This document shows, piece by piece, positions 21,801-37,326 of a stretch of 64,000 bases of DNA. Source of the DNA: Squalus acanthias (lineage: Eukaryota); the NCBI GenBank assembly GCA_030390025.1, contig CM059431.1:158908001-158972000 (forward strand), written 5' to 3'. Below the pieces are notes generated by a model. The model saw only the letters and a list, made by a program, of their open reading frames with translations, did no database searches and had not been told where the DNA came from. The stretch's first letter is position 1, and the number at the start of each line of letters is the position of its first letter. The position numbers were made by a program, and so were the translations under genes.

Positions 21801-24800
21801 TACCGAAACCATACAGACCCAGCCCAACACCGACACCACACTCACCCAGCCCAACACCGAAACGCTACTCACCCAGCCCAACACCGAAATCCCACTGACA
21901 CAGCCCAATACCGAAACCATACAGACCCAGCCCAACACCGCCACCCCACTGACCCAGCCCAACACCGAAACCCCACTGACACAGCCCAATACCGAAACCA
22001 TACAGACCCAGCCCAACACCGCCACCCCACTGACCCAGCCCAACACCGAAACCCCACTGACCCAGCCCAACACCGACACCACACTGACGCAGTCTTGCAC
22101 CTACACCCCACTGACTCAGTCCTATACCGACACCCCACTGTCCCAGTCCCAACATCATCAGCCTCATTGACCCAACATCGACACCACACTGACCCAGCCC
22201 AACACCGACACCGCACTGATCAAGTCCTACTACGATACCCCACAGACTCAGCCAAACACCGACAACACACTGACCCAGCCCAACACCGACACCCACTGAC
22301 TCGGCGCCAACCCGACACACAACTGACCGAGCCCAACACAGACAATCCACTTACCGAGAACGAAACCGACATCATCTCTGATCCAGTCCGACACCGACAC
22401 CACACTTACCCAGCCCAACACCAAAACCCATTGACACAGCCATACACCGAAACTCGAGTTACCCAGGCCAAATCCGACATCCTCTCTGACCAAGCCCGAC
22501 ACCGACACCAACTGACCCAGCCAAACGCCGACATCCAACTGACCCAGCCCTACACAGGCACGCCACTGGCCCAGCCCAACATCGAAACCCCAATGACCCA
22601 AACCCGATACCCCACTGACCCAACTCCGACACCCCACTGACCCAGTCCTACACCGACACCCCACTGACCAAGCCCAACACCGAGAACCTCACTGACCCAG
22701 TCCAACACAGACACCCCACTGAGCCAGCCCAACTCCGACAACCTCACTGACCCAGCAAAACACCGAAATCCACTGACCCGGCAACAACCCGAAAACACAC
22801 TGACCCAGGCTTACACAGACACACCACTTACCCAGGCCAAAACCGACATCCTCTCTGACCCAACCCGACACCGGCACCGCACCTACCCAGCCCAACACCG
22901 ACAGCGCACTGACCCAGCCAAACTCCGACACCACACTGATCCAGCAAAACACCGACATTCACTGAACCAGCAACCAGCCGACAGCACACTGACCCAGCCC
23001 TACACTGACACCCCACTGACCAAGCCCAACACCGAGAACCTCACTGACCCACCAGCGATACCCCACTCACCTTACCCAAAGACCGACAGCCCAGTGACAC
23101 AGACCTACAACGGCAGCCCACTGAGACAGCCGTACACCGAAACCTCACTAACACAGCGCAAAACCGATAGCCCAATGACCCAGCCCGACACCAAATCCCT
23201 CACTAGCCGGACAGCGACACTCCACTGACCCAGGTTAACACAGATACCCCACTGACCCAGCTCTACACCGAAACCCCACCGACGCAGACATAGAACGAGA
23301 ACCCACTGACCCAGCCCAAAACGACACCCCACTGACACAGCCCAACACTGAAACCCAACTGAGCAACACAAACACAACACAGACACCCCACTGACCAGCA
23401 CAACAACGACACCCCACTCACCCAGACCAACACCGACACCCCACTCACCCAGCACAACACCGACAACATACTGACACTGCCATACACAAACACCCCACTG
23501 TCCCAGCCAAACACCGACAACCTAACTGACACAACACCGACACCCCACTGACCCAGTCCTACACCGAACATCCCACTGGCCTAGGCCAACACCAACACCC
23601 CACTGACCCAGCCCTACACCGACACTCCACTGGACAAGTCTTACCCCGGCAGCCGATTGCCCCAATTCAACACCGACACCCTCTCTGACACTATAGTGAC
23701 ACCCCACTTACCTTGCCAAAAGACCGAGACCCCACTTACCCAGGCCTACAACGTCACCACACTTTGCAAGCCCTATACCAAAAACCCACCTAAAACAGCA
23801 CAACACCGACACCCCTCTGACCCAGCCCAACATGGAAACTCTCACTGGCCTGACAGAGACACCCCTCTTACCCAGCCCAACACAGATACACCACTGACCC
23901 AGTCCTACACCGAACCCCCACGGACAGAGGCATACAACGACAACACGCTGACCCATCCATAAACGAAACCACACTGAACCAGCCCTACACCCAAACACCA
24001 ATGACCCAGCCCAACACCGTCACCGCACTGAGCCAGCCCAAACTTTCCACCCCATTCACCCAGCACAACACCGACACCCCACTGACCCATCCCAACACCG
24101 ACACCCAACTGACACAGCCCAAAACCGACACCCCACTGATCCAGCCAAGCAACGACACCCCCACTGATACAGTCCAATACCGAAGCCCCACTGACACAGT
24201 CCAACACTGACACCCCACGAACACAGCCCAACACCGACACCCCACTGACACAGCCCAACTCCGACACCCCACTGACACAGCCCAACACCGATACCCCACT
24301 GACACCACCCAACTCCGACACCCCACTGACACAGCCGAACACCGGCACCCCACTGACCCAGCCACACTCCGGCACCTCGCTGAGCCAGCACAACACCGAC
24401 ACCTCAATGAAACAGTCCTACACCGACACCCCAGTGACAGAGCCCAACACAGACACCATCACTGATCCAACAGCGACACCATACTGACCCAGCCCAACAC
24501 CGACACCTCACTGACCCAACAGCGACACCCCACTGACATTGACCAAGACCGATACACCACTGAGCCAGCCCTACACTGAAACACCACTGACCTAGACCGA
24601 AACTGACCTCCACTGATGCACCCTACCCCGACACCCCACTTACCCTCTCACTCTCTCTCTCTCCAACACCGATACCCCACAGACACAGCCCAACACCGAC
24701 ACCCCACTGACCCAGCACAACACCGACACCCCACTGTCGCAGCCCACCACCCACACCCACTGAACCAGCCCAACACCGACACCACACTGACCCAGCCCAA

Positions 24801-27800
24801 CACCGACACACCACTGACCCAGCCCAACCCCGACACCCCACTGAACCAGCCCAACACCGACAACCTCACTGACCCAGCAAAACACCGAAATCCACTGACC
24901 CGGCAACAACCCGAAAACACACTGACCCAGGCTTACACAGACACACCACTTACCCAGGCCAAAACCGACATCCTCTCTGACCCAGCCCGACAGCGGCACC
25001 CCACTTACCCAGCCCAACACCGAGACCCTTACTGACCCACCAGCGATACCCCACTCACCTTACCCAAAGACCGACAGCCCACTGACACAGACCTGCAACG
25101 GCAGCCCGCTGAGACAGCCGTACACCGAAACCTCACTAACACAGCCCAAACCCGATAGCCCAATGACCCAGCCCGACACCAAATCCCTCACTAGCCGGAC
25201 AGCGACACTCCACTGACCCAGGCTAACACAGATACCCCACTGAAACAGCTCTACACCGAAACCCCACCGACACAGACATAGAACAAGAACCCACTGACCC
25301 AGCCCAAAACGACACTCCACTGACACAGCCCAACACCGAAACCCAACTGAGCAGCACAACACAGACGCCCCACTGATCAGCACAACACCGACACCCCACT
25401 CACACAGTCCAACACCGAAACCCCACTCACCCAGCACAACACCGACAACACACTGACACTGCCATACACAAACACCCCACTGTCCCAGCAAAACACCGAC
25501 AACCTAACTGACACAACACCGACACCCCACTGACCCAGTCCTGCACCGATCATCCCACTGGCCTAGGCCAAGACCGACACCCCACTTACCCAGCCCAACA
25601 CCGAGACCCTCACTGACCCACCAGCGATACCCCACTCACCTTACCCAAAGACCGACAGCCCACTGACACAGACCTACAACGGCAGCCCACTGAGACAGCC
25701 GTACACCGAAACCTCACTAACACAGCCCAAACCCGATAGCCCAATGACCCAGCCCGACACCAAATCCCTCACTAGCCGGACAGCGACACTCCACTGACCC
25801 AGGCTAACACAGATACCCCACTGAAACAGCTCTACACCGAAACCCCACCGACGCAGACATAGAACGAGAACCCACTGACCCAGCCCAAAACGACACCCCA
25901 CTGACACAGCCCAACACTGAAACCCAACTGAGCAACACAAACACAACACAGACACCCCACTGACCAGCACAACAACGACACCCCACTCACCCAGACCAAC
26001 ACCGACACCCCACTCACCCAGCACAACACCGACAACATACTGACACTGCCATACACAAACACCCCACTGTCCCAGCCAAACACCGACAACCTAACTGACA
26101 CAACACCGACACCCCACTGACCCAGTCCTACACCGAACATCCCACTGGCCTAGGCCAACACCAACACCCCACTGACCCAGCCCTACACCGACACTCCACT
26201 GGACAAGTCTTACCCCGGCAGCCGATTGCCCCCATTCAACACCGACACCCTCTCTGACACTATAGTGACACCCCACTTACCTTGCCAAAAGACCGAGACC
26301 CCACTTACCCAGGCCTACAACGTCACCACACTTTGCAAGCCCTACACCAAAAACCCACCTAAAACAGCACAACACCGACACCCCTCTGACCCAGCCCAAC
26401 ATGGAAACTCTCACTGGCCTGACAGAGACACCCCTCTTACCCAGCCCAACACAGATACACCACTGACCCAGTCCTACACCGAACCCCCACGGACAGAGGC
26501 ATACAACGACAACACGCTGACCCATCCATAAACGAAACCACACTGAACCAGCCCTACACCCAAACACCAATGACCCAGCCCAACACCGTCACCGCACTGA
26601 GCCAGCCCAAACTTTCCACCCCATTCACCCAGCACAACACCGACACCCCACTGACCCATCCCAACACCGACACCCAACTGACACAGCCCAAAACCGACAC
26701 CCCACTGATCCAGCCAAGCAACGACACCCCCACTGATACAGTCCAATACCGAAGCCCCACTGACACAGTCCAACACTGACACCCCACTAACACAGCCCAA
26801 CACCGACACCCCACTGACACAGCCCAACTCCGACACCCCACTGACACAGCCCAACACCGATACCCCACTGACACCACCCAACTCCGACACCCCACTGACA
26901 CAGCCGAACACCGGCACCCCACTGACCCAGCCACACTCCGGCACCTCGCTGAGCCAGCACAACACCGACACCACAATGAAACAGTCCTACACGGACACCC
27001 CAGTGACAGAGCCCAACACAGACACCCTCACTGATCCAACAGCGACATCATACTGACACAGCCCAACACCGACACCTCACTGACCCAACAGCGACACCGC
27101 ACTGACGTTGCTCAAGACCGACACACCACTGACCCAGCCCTAAACGACCCCACACTGACCCAGATCAATACCCAAACCCCAATGACCGAGCCCAACACCC
27201 TCACTCCACTGACCCAATCAAATACCTACACCGCAATGACCCAGCTCAACACCGACACCAAACTGATCCAGCCAAACAGCGGCACCCAACTAACCCAGCC
27301 CAAAACTGCCACCCCACTCACCCAGCTCAACACCGACACCCCACTGATCCAGCCAAATAACGGCACCCCAACTGATGCAGTCAATACCTACACGCCACAG
27401 ACGCAACCCAACACCGACATCCCACTTACACAGCCCAACACCGACACCCTACTGACATAGCCCAAGACTGACACCCTCACTGACACAACATCGACACCCC
27501 CTGACATTGACCAAGACCGATACACCACTGAGCCAGCCCTACACTGAAACACCACTGACCTAGACCGAAACTGACCTCCACTGATGCACCCTACCCCGAC
27601 ACCCCACTTACCTCTCACTCTCTCTCTCTCCAATACCGACACCCCACTAACACAGCCCAACACCGATACCCCACAGACACAGCCCAACACCGACACCCCA
27701 CTGACCCAGCACAACACCGACACCCCACTGTCGCAGCCCACCACCCACACCCACTGAACCAGCCCAACACCGATACCACACTGACCCAGCCCAACACCGA

Positions 27801-30800
27801 CACACCACTGACCCAGCCCAACCCCGACACCCCACTGAACCAGCCCAACACCGACAACCTCACTGACCCAGCAAAACACCGAAATCCACTGACCCGGCAA
27901 CAACCCGAAAACACACTGACCCAGGCCTACACAGACACACCACTTACCCAGGCCAAAACCGACATCCTCTCTGACCCAGCCCGACAGCGGCACCCCACTT
28001 ACCCAGCCCAACACCGAGACCCTTACTGACCCACCAGCGATACCCCACTCACCTTACCCAAAGACCGACAGCCCACTGACACAGACCTGCAACGGCAGCC
28101 CGCTGAGACAGCCGTACACCGAAACCTCACTAACACAGCCCAAACCCGATAGCCCAATGACCCAGCCCGACACCAAATCCCTCACTAGCCGGACAGCGAC
28201 ACTCCACTGACCCAGGCTAACACAGATACCCCACTGAAACAGCTCTACACCGAAACCCCACCGACACAGACATAGAACAAGAACCCACTGACCCAGCCCA
28301 AAACGACACTCCACTGACACAGCCCAACACCGAAACCCAACTGAGCAGCACAACACAGACGCCCCACTGATCAGCACAACACCGACACCCCACTCACACA
28401 GTCCAACACCGAAACCCCACTCACCCAGCACAACACCGACAACACACTGACACTGCCATACACAAACACCCCACTGTCCCAGCAAAACACCGACAACCTA
28501 ACTGACACAACACCGACACCCCACTGACCCAGTCCTGCACCGATCATCCCACTGGCCTAGGCCAAGACCGACACCCCACTTACCCAGCCCAACACCGAGA
28601 CCCTCACTGACCCACCAGCGATACCCCACTCAGCTTACCCAAAGACCGACAGCCCACTGACACAGACCTACAACGGCAGCCCACTGAGACAGCCGTACAC
28701 CGAAACCTCACTAACACAGCCCAAACCCGATAGCCCAATGACCCAGCCCGACACCAAATCCCTCACTAGCCGGACAGCGACACTCCACTGACCCAGGCTA
28801 ACACAGATACCCCACTGACACAGCTCTACAACGAAACCCCATCGACACAGACATAGAACGAGAATCCACTGACCCAGCCCAAAACGACACCCCACTGACA
28901 CAGCCCAACACCGAAACCCAACTGAGCAACACAACACAGACACCCCACTGATCAGCACAGCACCGACACCCCACTCACACAGCCCAACACCGAAACCCCA
29001 CTCACCCAGCACAACACCGACAACACACTGACACTGCCATACACAAACACCCCACTGTCCCAGCAAAACACCGACAACCTAACTGACACAACACCGACAC
29101 CCCACTGACCCAGCCCTACACCGACTCTCCACTGGACAACTCTTACACCGGCAGCCGATTGACACCATTCAACACCGACACCCTCTCTGACACAATAGTG
29201 ACACCCCACTCACCTTGCACAAAGACCGAGACCCCACTTACCCAGACCTACAACGTCACCACACTTTGCAAGCCCTACACCAAAAACCCACCTAAAACAG
29301 CACAACACCGACACCCCTCTGACCCAGCCCAACACGGAAACTCTCACTGGCTCGACTGCGACACCACACTGACCCAGACCAACACAGATACACCACTGAC
29401 CCAGACCTACACCGAACCCCCACGGACACAGACATACAACGAAAACACGCTGACCCATCCCTAAACGAAACCACACTGAACCAGCCCTACACCCAAACAC
29501 CACTGACCCAGCCCAACACCGTCACCCCACTGACCCAGCCCAAACCTGCCACCCCATTCACCAAGCACAACACCGACACCCCACTGACACAGCCCTACAT
29601 CGACACCCCACTGAAACAGCCCAACACCGACACCCCACTGACACAGCCCAAAACCGACACCCCACTGATCCAGCCAAACAACGACACTCCAACTGATACA
29701 GTCCAATACCGAAGCCCGACTGACACAGTCCAACGCTGACATCCCACTAACACAGCCCAACACCGACACACCACTGACACAGCCGAACTTCGAAACCCCA
29801 CTGACACAGCCCAACACCGATACCCCACTGAAACAGCCCAACACCGACACCCCACTGACACCACCCAACTCCGACACCCCACTGACGCAGCCGAACACCG
29901 ACACCCCACTGACCCAGCCACACACCGGCACCTCGCTGACCCAGCACAACACCGACACCGCAATGACCAACAGCGACACCGCACTGACCTTGCTCAAGAC
30001 CGACACACCACTGACCCAACCCTACAACGGCAGTCCACTGAGCCAGCCCTACACAGACACCGCATTGACCGATCCCAAAACTGACACCCTTATGACACAG
30101 CTCAGCATCGAATTCCTCACTGGCCCGTCAGCGACACCCCACTGACACAGCGCAACACCGACATGCAACTGACCCAGCGCAACACCGACACCCCACTGAC
30201 CCAGCCCTACACCGAAACTCCACAGAGCCACCCATACAACGACAACCCGCTGACCCAGCCCTAAACGACCAAAACACTGACCCAGATCAATACACAAACC
30301 CCAATGACCGAGCCCAACACCCTCACTACACTGACCCAATCAAATACCGACACCGCAATGACCCAGCTCAACATCGACACCAAACTGATCCAGCCAAACA
30401 GCGGCACCCAACTAACCAAGCCCAAAACTGCCACCCCACTCACCCAGCTCAACACCGACACCCCACTGATCCAGCCGAACAACGGCACCCCAACTGATAC
30501 AGTCAATACCTACACGCCACAGACGCAACCCAACACCGATATCTCACTTACACAGCCCAACACCGACACCCCACTGACATAGCCCTACACTGACACCCCA
30601 CTGACCTAGAGCGAAACCGACCTGCACTGATGCAACCTACCTCGACACCTAACTGACCCTCTCACTCTCTCTCTCTCCAATACCGACACCCCACTAACAC
30701 AGCCCAACACCGACACCCCACTGACACAGCCCAACTCCGACACCCCACTGACACAGCCCAACTCCGACACCCCACTGACACAGCCAACACCGACACCCCA

Positions 30801-31081
30801 CTGACCTAGAACAACCCCGACAGCCCAAAGACCCAGCACATCACCGACACCTCACTGACCCAGCCACACACCGGCACCTCGCTGACCCAGCACAACACCG
30901 ACACTGCAATGAAACAGTCCATCACCGACACCACACTGACCCAGCCACACACCGGCACCTCGCTGACCCAGCACAACACCGACACCGCAATGAAACAGTC
31001 CAACACCGACACCTCACTGACAGAGCCCAAAAAAGACACCCTCACTGATCCAACATCGACACCACACTGACCCAGCCCAAC
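18891..31081. repeat. 12.2-kb satellite of a 27-bp monomer (CACCGACACCCCACTGACCCAGCCCAA) with higher-order duplications
   Basis: 9-aa periodic ORFs (TDTPLTQPN); near-identical blocks offset by 2569, 2994, 581 and 796 bp. Confidence 0.97.
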
Positions 31082-31621
31082 ATATTCCCTCTATAAATGT
31101 TTTTCTATCCGTGTTACTGATTCCGACCATGGGTAATTTCTGCTCTCCTTTCCTTCCCAGAGATGTTCCCACCTGTTCCAGGATGTTCTTCCCTCTGGCA
31201 CGAGGGAGGCATCTTAACATTCGGCACCTGCTCTGGGCTGCATAGGAGTCTGTCTATTCCCCTGAATATTAAAAGTCCCACCACTATTGATCTACTTTTC
31301 CAATGCATCATATGTCTCTCACCCCACTTTGGGTGGCATCCTGCTCCCTGGTACCACATTGTTGCACAGGAAGACTCTCCTCTGAGTCACTGTCTCTATC
31401 CACATTACAGTCCCCAATACCAGGTATCTATTGAACAGTTCCAGTACTCAGTGCCTCACTCCACCTGTGACTGTGATGCCCCTCCAGATGGTCACTCACA
31501 TCGCTTTTTCTACTCAGCCCCTGTCCTGTTCCCTCTTCCTGTGTGAGTAACAGGTTCTTGCACGTGATCTGGACCATTTGTAAGGACAGGAATTATATGT
31601 TAAAGCATTTTCTGAACATAC

Positions 31622-31717
31622 CTGTGTCTTTCCTTATCCTTTTTGAAGATGCAAGATCTTCTCCCCTGTTTGGACCTTCAGCCATGGTCGGGACAGGCGT
31701 TCCAATATTCTGATGCT
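31622..31717 (-). CDS. 96-nt phase 1-1 exon, copy B: (E)HQNIGTPVPTMAEGPNRGEDLASSKRIRKDT; resembles N-terminal exon of cartilaginous-fish NLR genes
   Basis: Acceptor ..tgtttacag|, donor ACAG|gtatgt, good Kozak context (ACCATGG, ATG at 31685-31683), open frame; NLR assignment from recall. Confidence 0.65.
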
Positions 31718-32299
31718 CTGTAAACATTATAATATTAACAGGAGTGTTAGATGGAAGTATTAAAATGAGAAGGAGAACGCTGCCTTGTTAAACATGATAT
31801 CAAGTCCCTCCTCCCCCATCAGTACAACAGCTGTTAGCTCTGGGTGTGAACATTTCCCGAGTGTTATGATCAACATGTCACATCAGGTGTGACAAAGACA
31901 GCTGCCCAATGAAAGCCAGTGAGTTCTGCTCATCTTTCGTGTGCATGTTGGCTGGCGCTGCGGATACGAGCTGTTCACTTCTATTTCCACTCTTTTCTCT
32001 CCTTTAACTTAACTCTCTATCCCTCCCTGATTGCTCTCTGCACTCATTATGTCTCCTTTCATCTCTCCTCTCTCGGATACACTGCTCTTCCAAATCCCTA
32101 CACCAACCCTTCATTACTCTTCGACCTTCCTAATTTCCTGGTGACTTCCCAGCCTTGAAACCCTCTTAGATAAGTCTACAGCTTTCCTCTGTGCCTGTCT
32201 TTGCATTCTCCGAACGGCCTACGGTGGCATTTGTTGCTTCCTCCTCACGAGCAGCAACCCCAAATGTATTATCCTACTCTTTCTCTGACCTTCCCTCCC

Positions 32300-35200
32300 A
32301 GTCCACACGCTGATTGCTAATCTTGCCAATCTCCTTCCCGTCTAACTCACCACTCCCAGCGATAAACCTGTGGACACTGGCAATGCGTTAGCCATCACCG
32401 AACCTCTCCCCATTTCTCTCCAGAATGTCCATTCGCCATCGAACAAGGTCCTTGCCATCCATGAGCTTATCATGGATGATTGCATCGACATCCTGGCCCT
32501 GATGGAAACTTGGCAAGGGGTGATGACACCTTAACCTAAAATGAAGCATCCCCACCTGGCTATACCTTCCAGCACTTGCCAAGCCAAGACAACCATGGCG
32601 GCAGTGTGGCTCTTATCACCAAATCTCACCTTGGTCTGTCTCCCTACTCCTCCACCACTTTATCATCCTTTGAGCATCACACATTATTCCACAACTCTCA
32701 CCACATTTAAAATTCTCGTTCTCTATCCCCCACCCAAGTAACATTATAATTTTATCACCGAGATAGCTTCACTGATCTCGTCCCTCAGCCTCTGCACCGA
32801 GCGACTTCTGATCCTCGGTGATTTCAACCTTCATCTCAAATTGTGATGCTCTCTCTCCTCTGAGTTCACTGCCCTTCAAACTCCCTTAATCTTCCTTCCA
32901 TGTAAACGCCCCAAACCCATATTAAGGGCCACACCCTCGACCTTACCATCTCTCGTGGCCTCACTACACCCATCGTGTCAATCGCAAATAAAGCCTTCTC
33001 TGACCATTTGCTTCTGTCACTCTCCTCCCACCTCCACTTTCTCCCCAAACCCTACTACAATCTGTTTCCTTCCCTGGAAAAAAAAACTCTCTCCCAACTC
33101 TCTTACAACTGCACTTATGAAATCCCAAAAACCAGCCTTTGGCCCTCCATTCACCACAACATTTCTGCAGCTACCGATCTGTTCAACCACACCCTCACCA
33201 CCACCTTCGATGCCGTAGACCCTATTAAATCAATTACACTGTCTCACCCTGGCTGTTCCAACAGGTATGGGTCTGATCTTAGCTCCCTTAATTCCAAGAG
33301 ACGCAGACTTGAACAGATATGGCGGACAACTGATTTAGTCTTTCGTCATCACATCTGGCTGGACCACATAAAGCATTATGGGTTCTTGCTCTCGTCTGCC
33401 AAAAATGCTCACTATTCCAGAATCATTATTGGAATGCAGAGCTAAACCCTGGCTTCTATTCTCCACGGCTAACCTAATTCTTATACCCCTATTCCCTGTC
33501 TCCTCCACTCTCACCTCAAATAACAAGCGCGTGGAGCTCATGAACTTCTTTGTTTTTAAGATTGACACCCTACTATCAGCTGCCTCTGCCACTTCTCTTC
33601 CTTCCCTTAGCCCACCAGGCCAAACTTCCCCTAAGTCTCCCCCTGCCCCACCCCTGAACTGGCATTTTTCTCCAGTTTCTCTCCGATCTCCGCTCCTGAC
33701 ATCGCCGTGCTCATATGAGACCCACGTCCTGCTCCCTCGACCCTATTCCCAGCAAACTGCTGAACACTCAACTTCCTTGTCTGGCTCCTTTCTTAGCTGA
33801 CATTGTTAATGGTTCTCTCTCCTCAGCTACTGTGCCCCTATCCTTCAAACCCGCCATCATCACCACTCTCCTCAAAAAAACAACCCTCGACTCCTCCGTT
33901 CTTGCAATCTATCGCCCCATTTCCTACCTCCCTTTCCGCTCCAAAATCCTTGAACATGTTGTCACCTCCCAAATCCATGCCCATCTTTCCCGGAACTCCA
34001 TGTTTGAATCCCACCAATCAGGTTTCCGCTATTGCCACAGTACCGAAACGGCTCTCATCGAAGTCACAATTGACACCGTTTGCGACTTTGACAAAGACAA
34101 AATATCCCTCCTCGTCCTTCTCAACTTCTCAGCAGCCTTTGACACGGTTGACCACTCCATAGTCCTCCAGCGCCTTTCCAGCGTCGTACAGCTGGGGGGT
34201 GGGGGGTGGGTGGTGCTGCACTCGTCTGGTTCCATTCTTATCTGTTGTAGCCGGAGACACACCTGGAATGACTTCTCTTCCCGCTCCCACATGGTTACGT
34301 CTGTTGTTCCACAAAAATCTATCCTTGGCCCCCTGCGATTCCTCATCTACGTGCTGCCCCTTGACGACATCATCGGAAAACACAGCGTCAGTTCCCACAT
34401 GTACGCTGACGACATCCAGCTCTACCTCACCGCCACTTCTCTTGACCCCTCCACGGTCTCTAAATTGTCAGACTTCTTGTCCGACATCCAGTTGTGAATG
34501 ATCAGAAATGTTCTCCAGTCAAATACTGCTAAGATATTGTTTTCATTCCCGCCACCGACTCCATCCCTCTCCTTAACATCTGCCTGAGGCCGAACCACAC
34601 TCTTGGCAAACATATAGTCATTTTTGACACTGAACTGAGCTTTTGACCACCTATCTGCGGCATAACTAAGACCGCCTATTTCCACCTCTGTAACATCGTC
34701 CGTCTCCGCCTCTGCCTCAGCACATCTGCTGCTGGAACCCTCATTCATGCCTTTGTTACCTCTAGACTTGAAAATTCCAACGCACTCCTGGCTGGCCTCC
34801 CACAATCTACCCTACGTAATCCTGACGTCATCTATATCTCGGATGCACGTGTCCTAACTCACACCAAGACCCGTTCACCCATCACCTCTGTGCTCGCTGA
34901 ACTACATTGGCTCCTGTTTAAGCAACGCCTCGATTTCAAAATTCTCACCCTTGTTTTCAATTCCCTCCATGGCCTCGACCCTCCCTACCTCTAATGTCTT
35001 CCAGCAAAGGCTATGTGCCCCGACAACATCCCGGCTATCTTGCTGAAGACTTGTGCTCCAGAAATAGCCGCGCCTCAAGCCAAGCTGTTCCAGTACAGCT
35101 ACAACACTGGCATCTATCCGACTGGTAAACTGCCCAGGTATGTCCTTTCCACAAAAAGACTAACAAATCCAACCCGATTAGTCTGATCTCAATCATCAGC

Positions 35201-36864
35201 CATGTGATTGAATGTGTCATCTATAGTGCTATCTAGCGGCACCAACTCACAAATAACCTGCTCAATGTTGCCCAGTTTGGGATCTGCCAAGTCCACTCAG
35301 CTCCCGACCTAATCACAGCTTTGTTTCAAACATGGACACAGGAGGTGAGAGTAACTGTTCTTGACATCAAGGCAGCATTTGACTGCGTGTGGCATCAAGG
35401 AGCCCTAGTAAGACTGAAGTCATATGGGAATCGGGGGGGGGGGGGGGGGCGAAACGCTCCATTGTTGGAGACATATCCAGCACAAAGGAAGATGGTTCTG
35501 GTTTTTGAATCTCAATCAACACAGCTCCATGACATCGCTGCAGGAGTTCCTCAGGGCAGTGTCCTAGACCCAACCATCTTCAGCTGCTTCATCAATGACC
35601 TTCCCTCCAACATAAGGTCAGAAAAGGGGATGTTCGCTGATGACTGCAGTGTTCAGCGACATTCACATCTCCTCAGATAATGAAGCTGTCCATGCCCGCA
35701 TGCAACAAGACCTGGACGACGTTCAGGCTTTTGCTGATAATTGTCAGGTAACATTCGCGCCACAGAAGTACCCGGCAATGACTATCTCCAACAAGCGAAA
35801 GTCTAACCACCTCCGCTTGACATTCAACGGCATTACCATCGTCGAATCCCCAACCATCAACACCCTGGGGGGTCACCGTTGTCCTGAAACTTAACTAGAT
35901 CAGCCACATAAAAACTGTGGCAACAAGAGCAGATCAGAGGCTAGGTATTCTTCGGCGAGTGTATCAACTCCTGACTCCCCAACGTCGTTCCATCATCTGC
36001 AAATCACAAGTAAGGAGTGTGATGGAATACTCTCCACTTGCCTTGATGAGTGCAGCTCCAGCAACACTCAAGAACATCGACACAATCCAGGTCAAAGCAG
36101 CCCGCTTGTTGGCACCCCATCCACCACGTTAAACATCCACTCCCTCCGCCACCGGCGTACTGTGGCTGCAGTGTGTACTTTCAAGACGATGCACTGCAGC
36201 AACTCGCCAAGGATACTTTGGCAGCACCTACCAAACCAGCGACCTCTACCACCTAGAAGGACAAGGGAAGCAGGCGCATGGGAACACCACCACCGCCAGG
36301 TTTCCCCTTCAAGTCACACACCATCCTGACTTAGAAGTATATCGCCGATACGTCATCGTCGCTGGGTCAAAATCCTGGAACTCTCTAAATAACAGCACTA
36401 TGGGAGTATTTTCACCACACGGACTGCAGCTTTTCAAGAAGGCAGCTCACCAGCACCTTCTCAAGGGCAATTAGGGATGGGCAATAAATGCTAGCCTTTC
36501 CAGCGACGCCCACATCCCGTAAACGAATAAAAAATCCCCCCGCCCCCGCGAGATAAATGCGCTCCTATATTTCTGCCCTCTTGAGCATCCCTGATAATAA
36601 TCGCTCAAGCATTGGTGGCCGTGCCATCTGTTGCCTAGGCCCTAAGCTCTGGAAATCCTTCCCTAAACCTCTCCGACTCTCTACTTCACTTTCCTTCTTT
36701 AAGTCGCTCCATAAAACCAACCTATTTGACGAAGCTTTTAGTTATCTAACCTATTTTCTCCTTACGTGGCTCGGTATCAAGTTTTTGTCTTATAATATAC
36801 ATGTGAAGCGCATTTGGGACGTTTTACTCCGTTCGAAGGGCTATATAAATACAATTTGTTGTTG
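32300..36864 (+). mobile_element. L2-clade LINE (APE + RT), degenerate, host of a nested LINE
   Basis: APE motifs (ILGDFN near 32810-32830, GHTLDL near 32927-32945); ORF 33715-34497 (YRPISYLP, FSAAFDTVDH, YADDIQL); 3' tail ..TTGTTGTTG at about 36864. Confidence 0.92.
35006..36535 (+). mobile_element. Second-family non-LTR retrotransposon (CR1/Jockey group), 5'-truncated, nested in L2
   Basis: ORFs 35321-35680 ([22 protein letters not shown]), 35640-35894, 35917-36132; 3' end ..GAATAAAAAA; L2 sequence resumes at about 36536. Confidence 0.85.
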
Positions 36865-37326
36865 ATCTCCACAACCGAGTTCCAGATGGGCTCCCGTCGG
36901 CCGGGATTCCGGACTGAGAGTGCCCGTTTGTATGCTTTACTGACAGTGCACGCCAAAACAAGCCTTATTCCTGAGGTAGACAATATTCTGCAGGGAAATA
37001 TGGAGCTTGTGATCGTTGATGAATGAAATGATCCTTCAGTAGGTTTTACACTCTGGCGGTATAATATTATATTTATTCACCGATTTTTGTTTAATATTTT
37101 GGATTTGCTCAGATTTGTTATTAAATTCTGGTAGTTTGTGACTATGATATCTATCCACACACAATATATGTCTGGATGTGATCCCTCTGATCTCTATGGG
37201 CTGTGACATTGTCCGTGTGTTACTGGTGATGTGTCCTGTTTGGTGCTTCTATTTGAATATATTGACCATATCTCTCATGGTGTCAGCACCTGAGGAATCA
37301 GCACTGTAGCAGGTGAGGTCACTTAC

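Noticed and set aside
18891..31081. Many Pro/Thr/Gln-rich or Gly/Val/Trp-rich ORFs suggesting a mucin or structural protein; also a CRISPR-like look
   Set aside because: A 27-bp unit gives periodic ORFs automatically; frames break constantly, there are no splice signals and no unique spacers.
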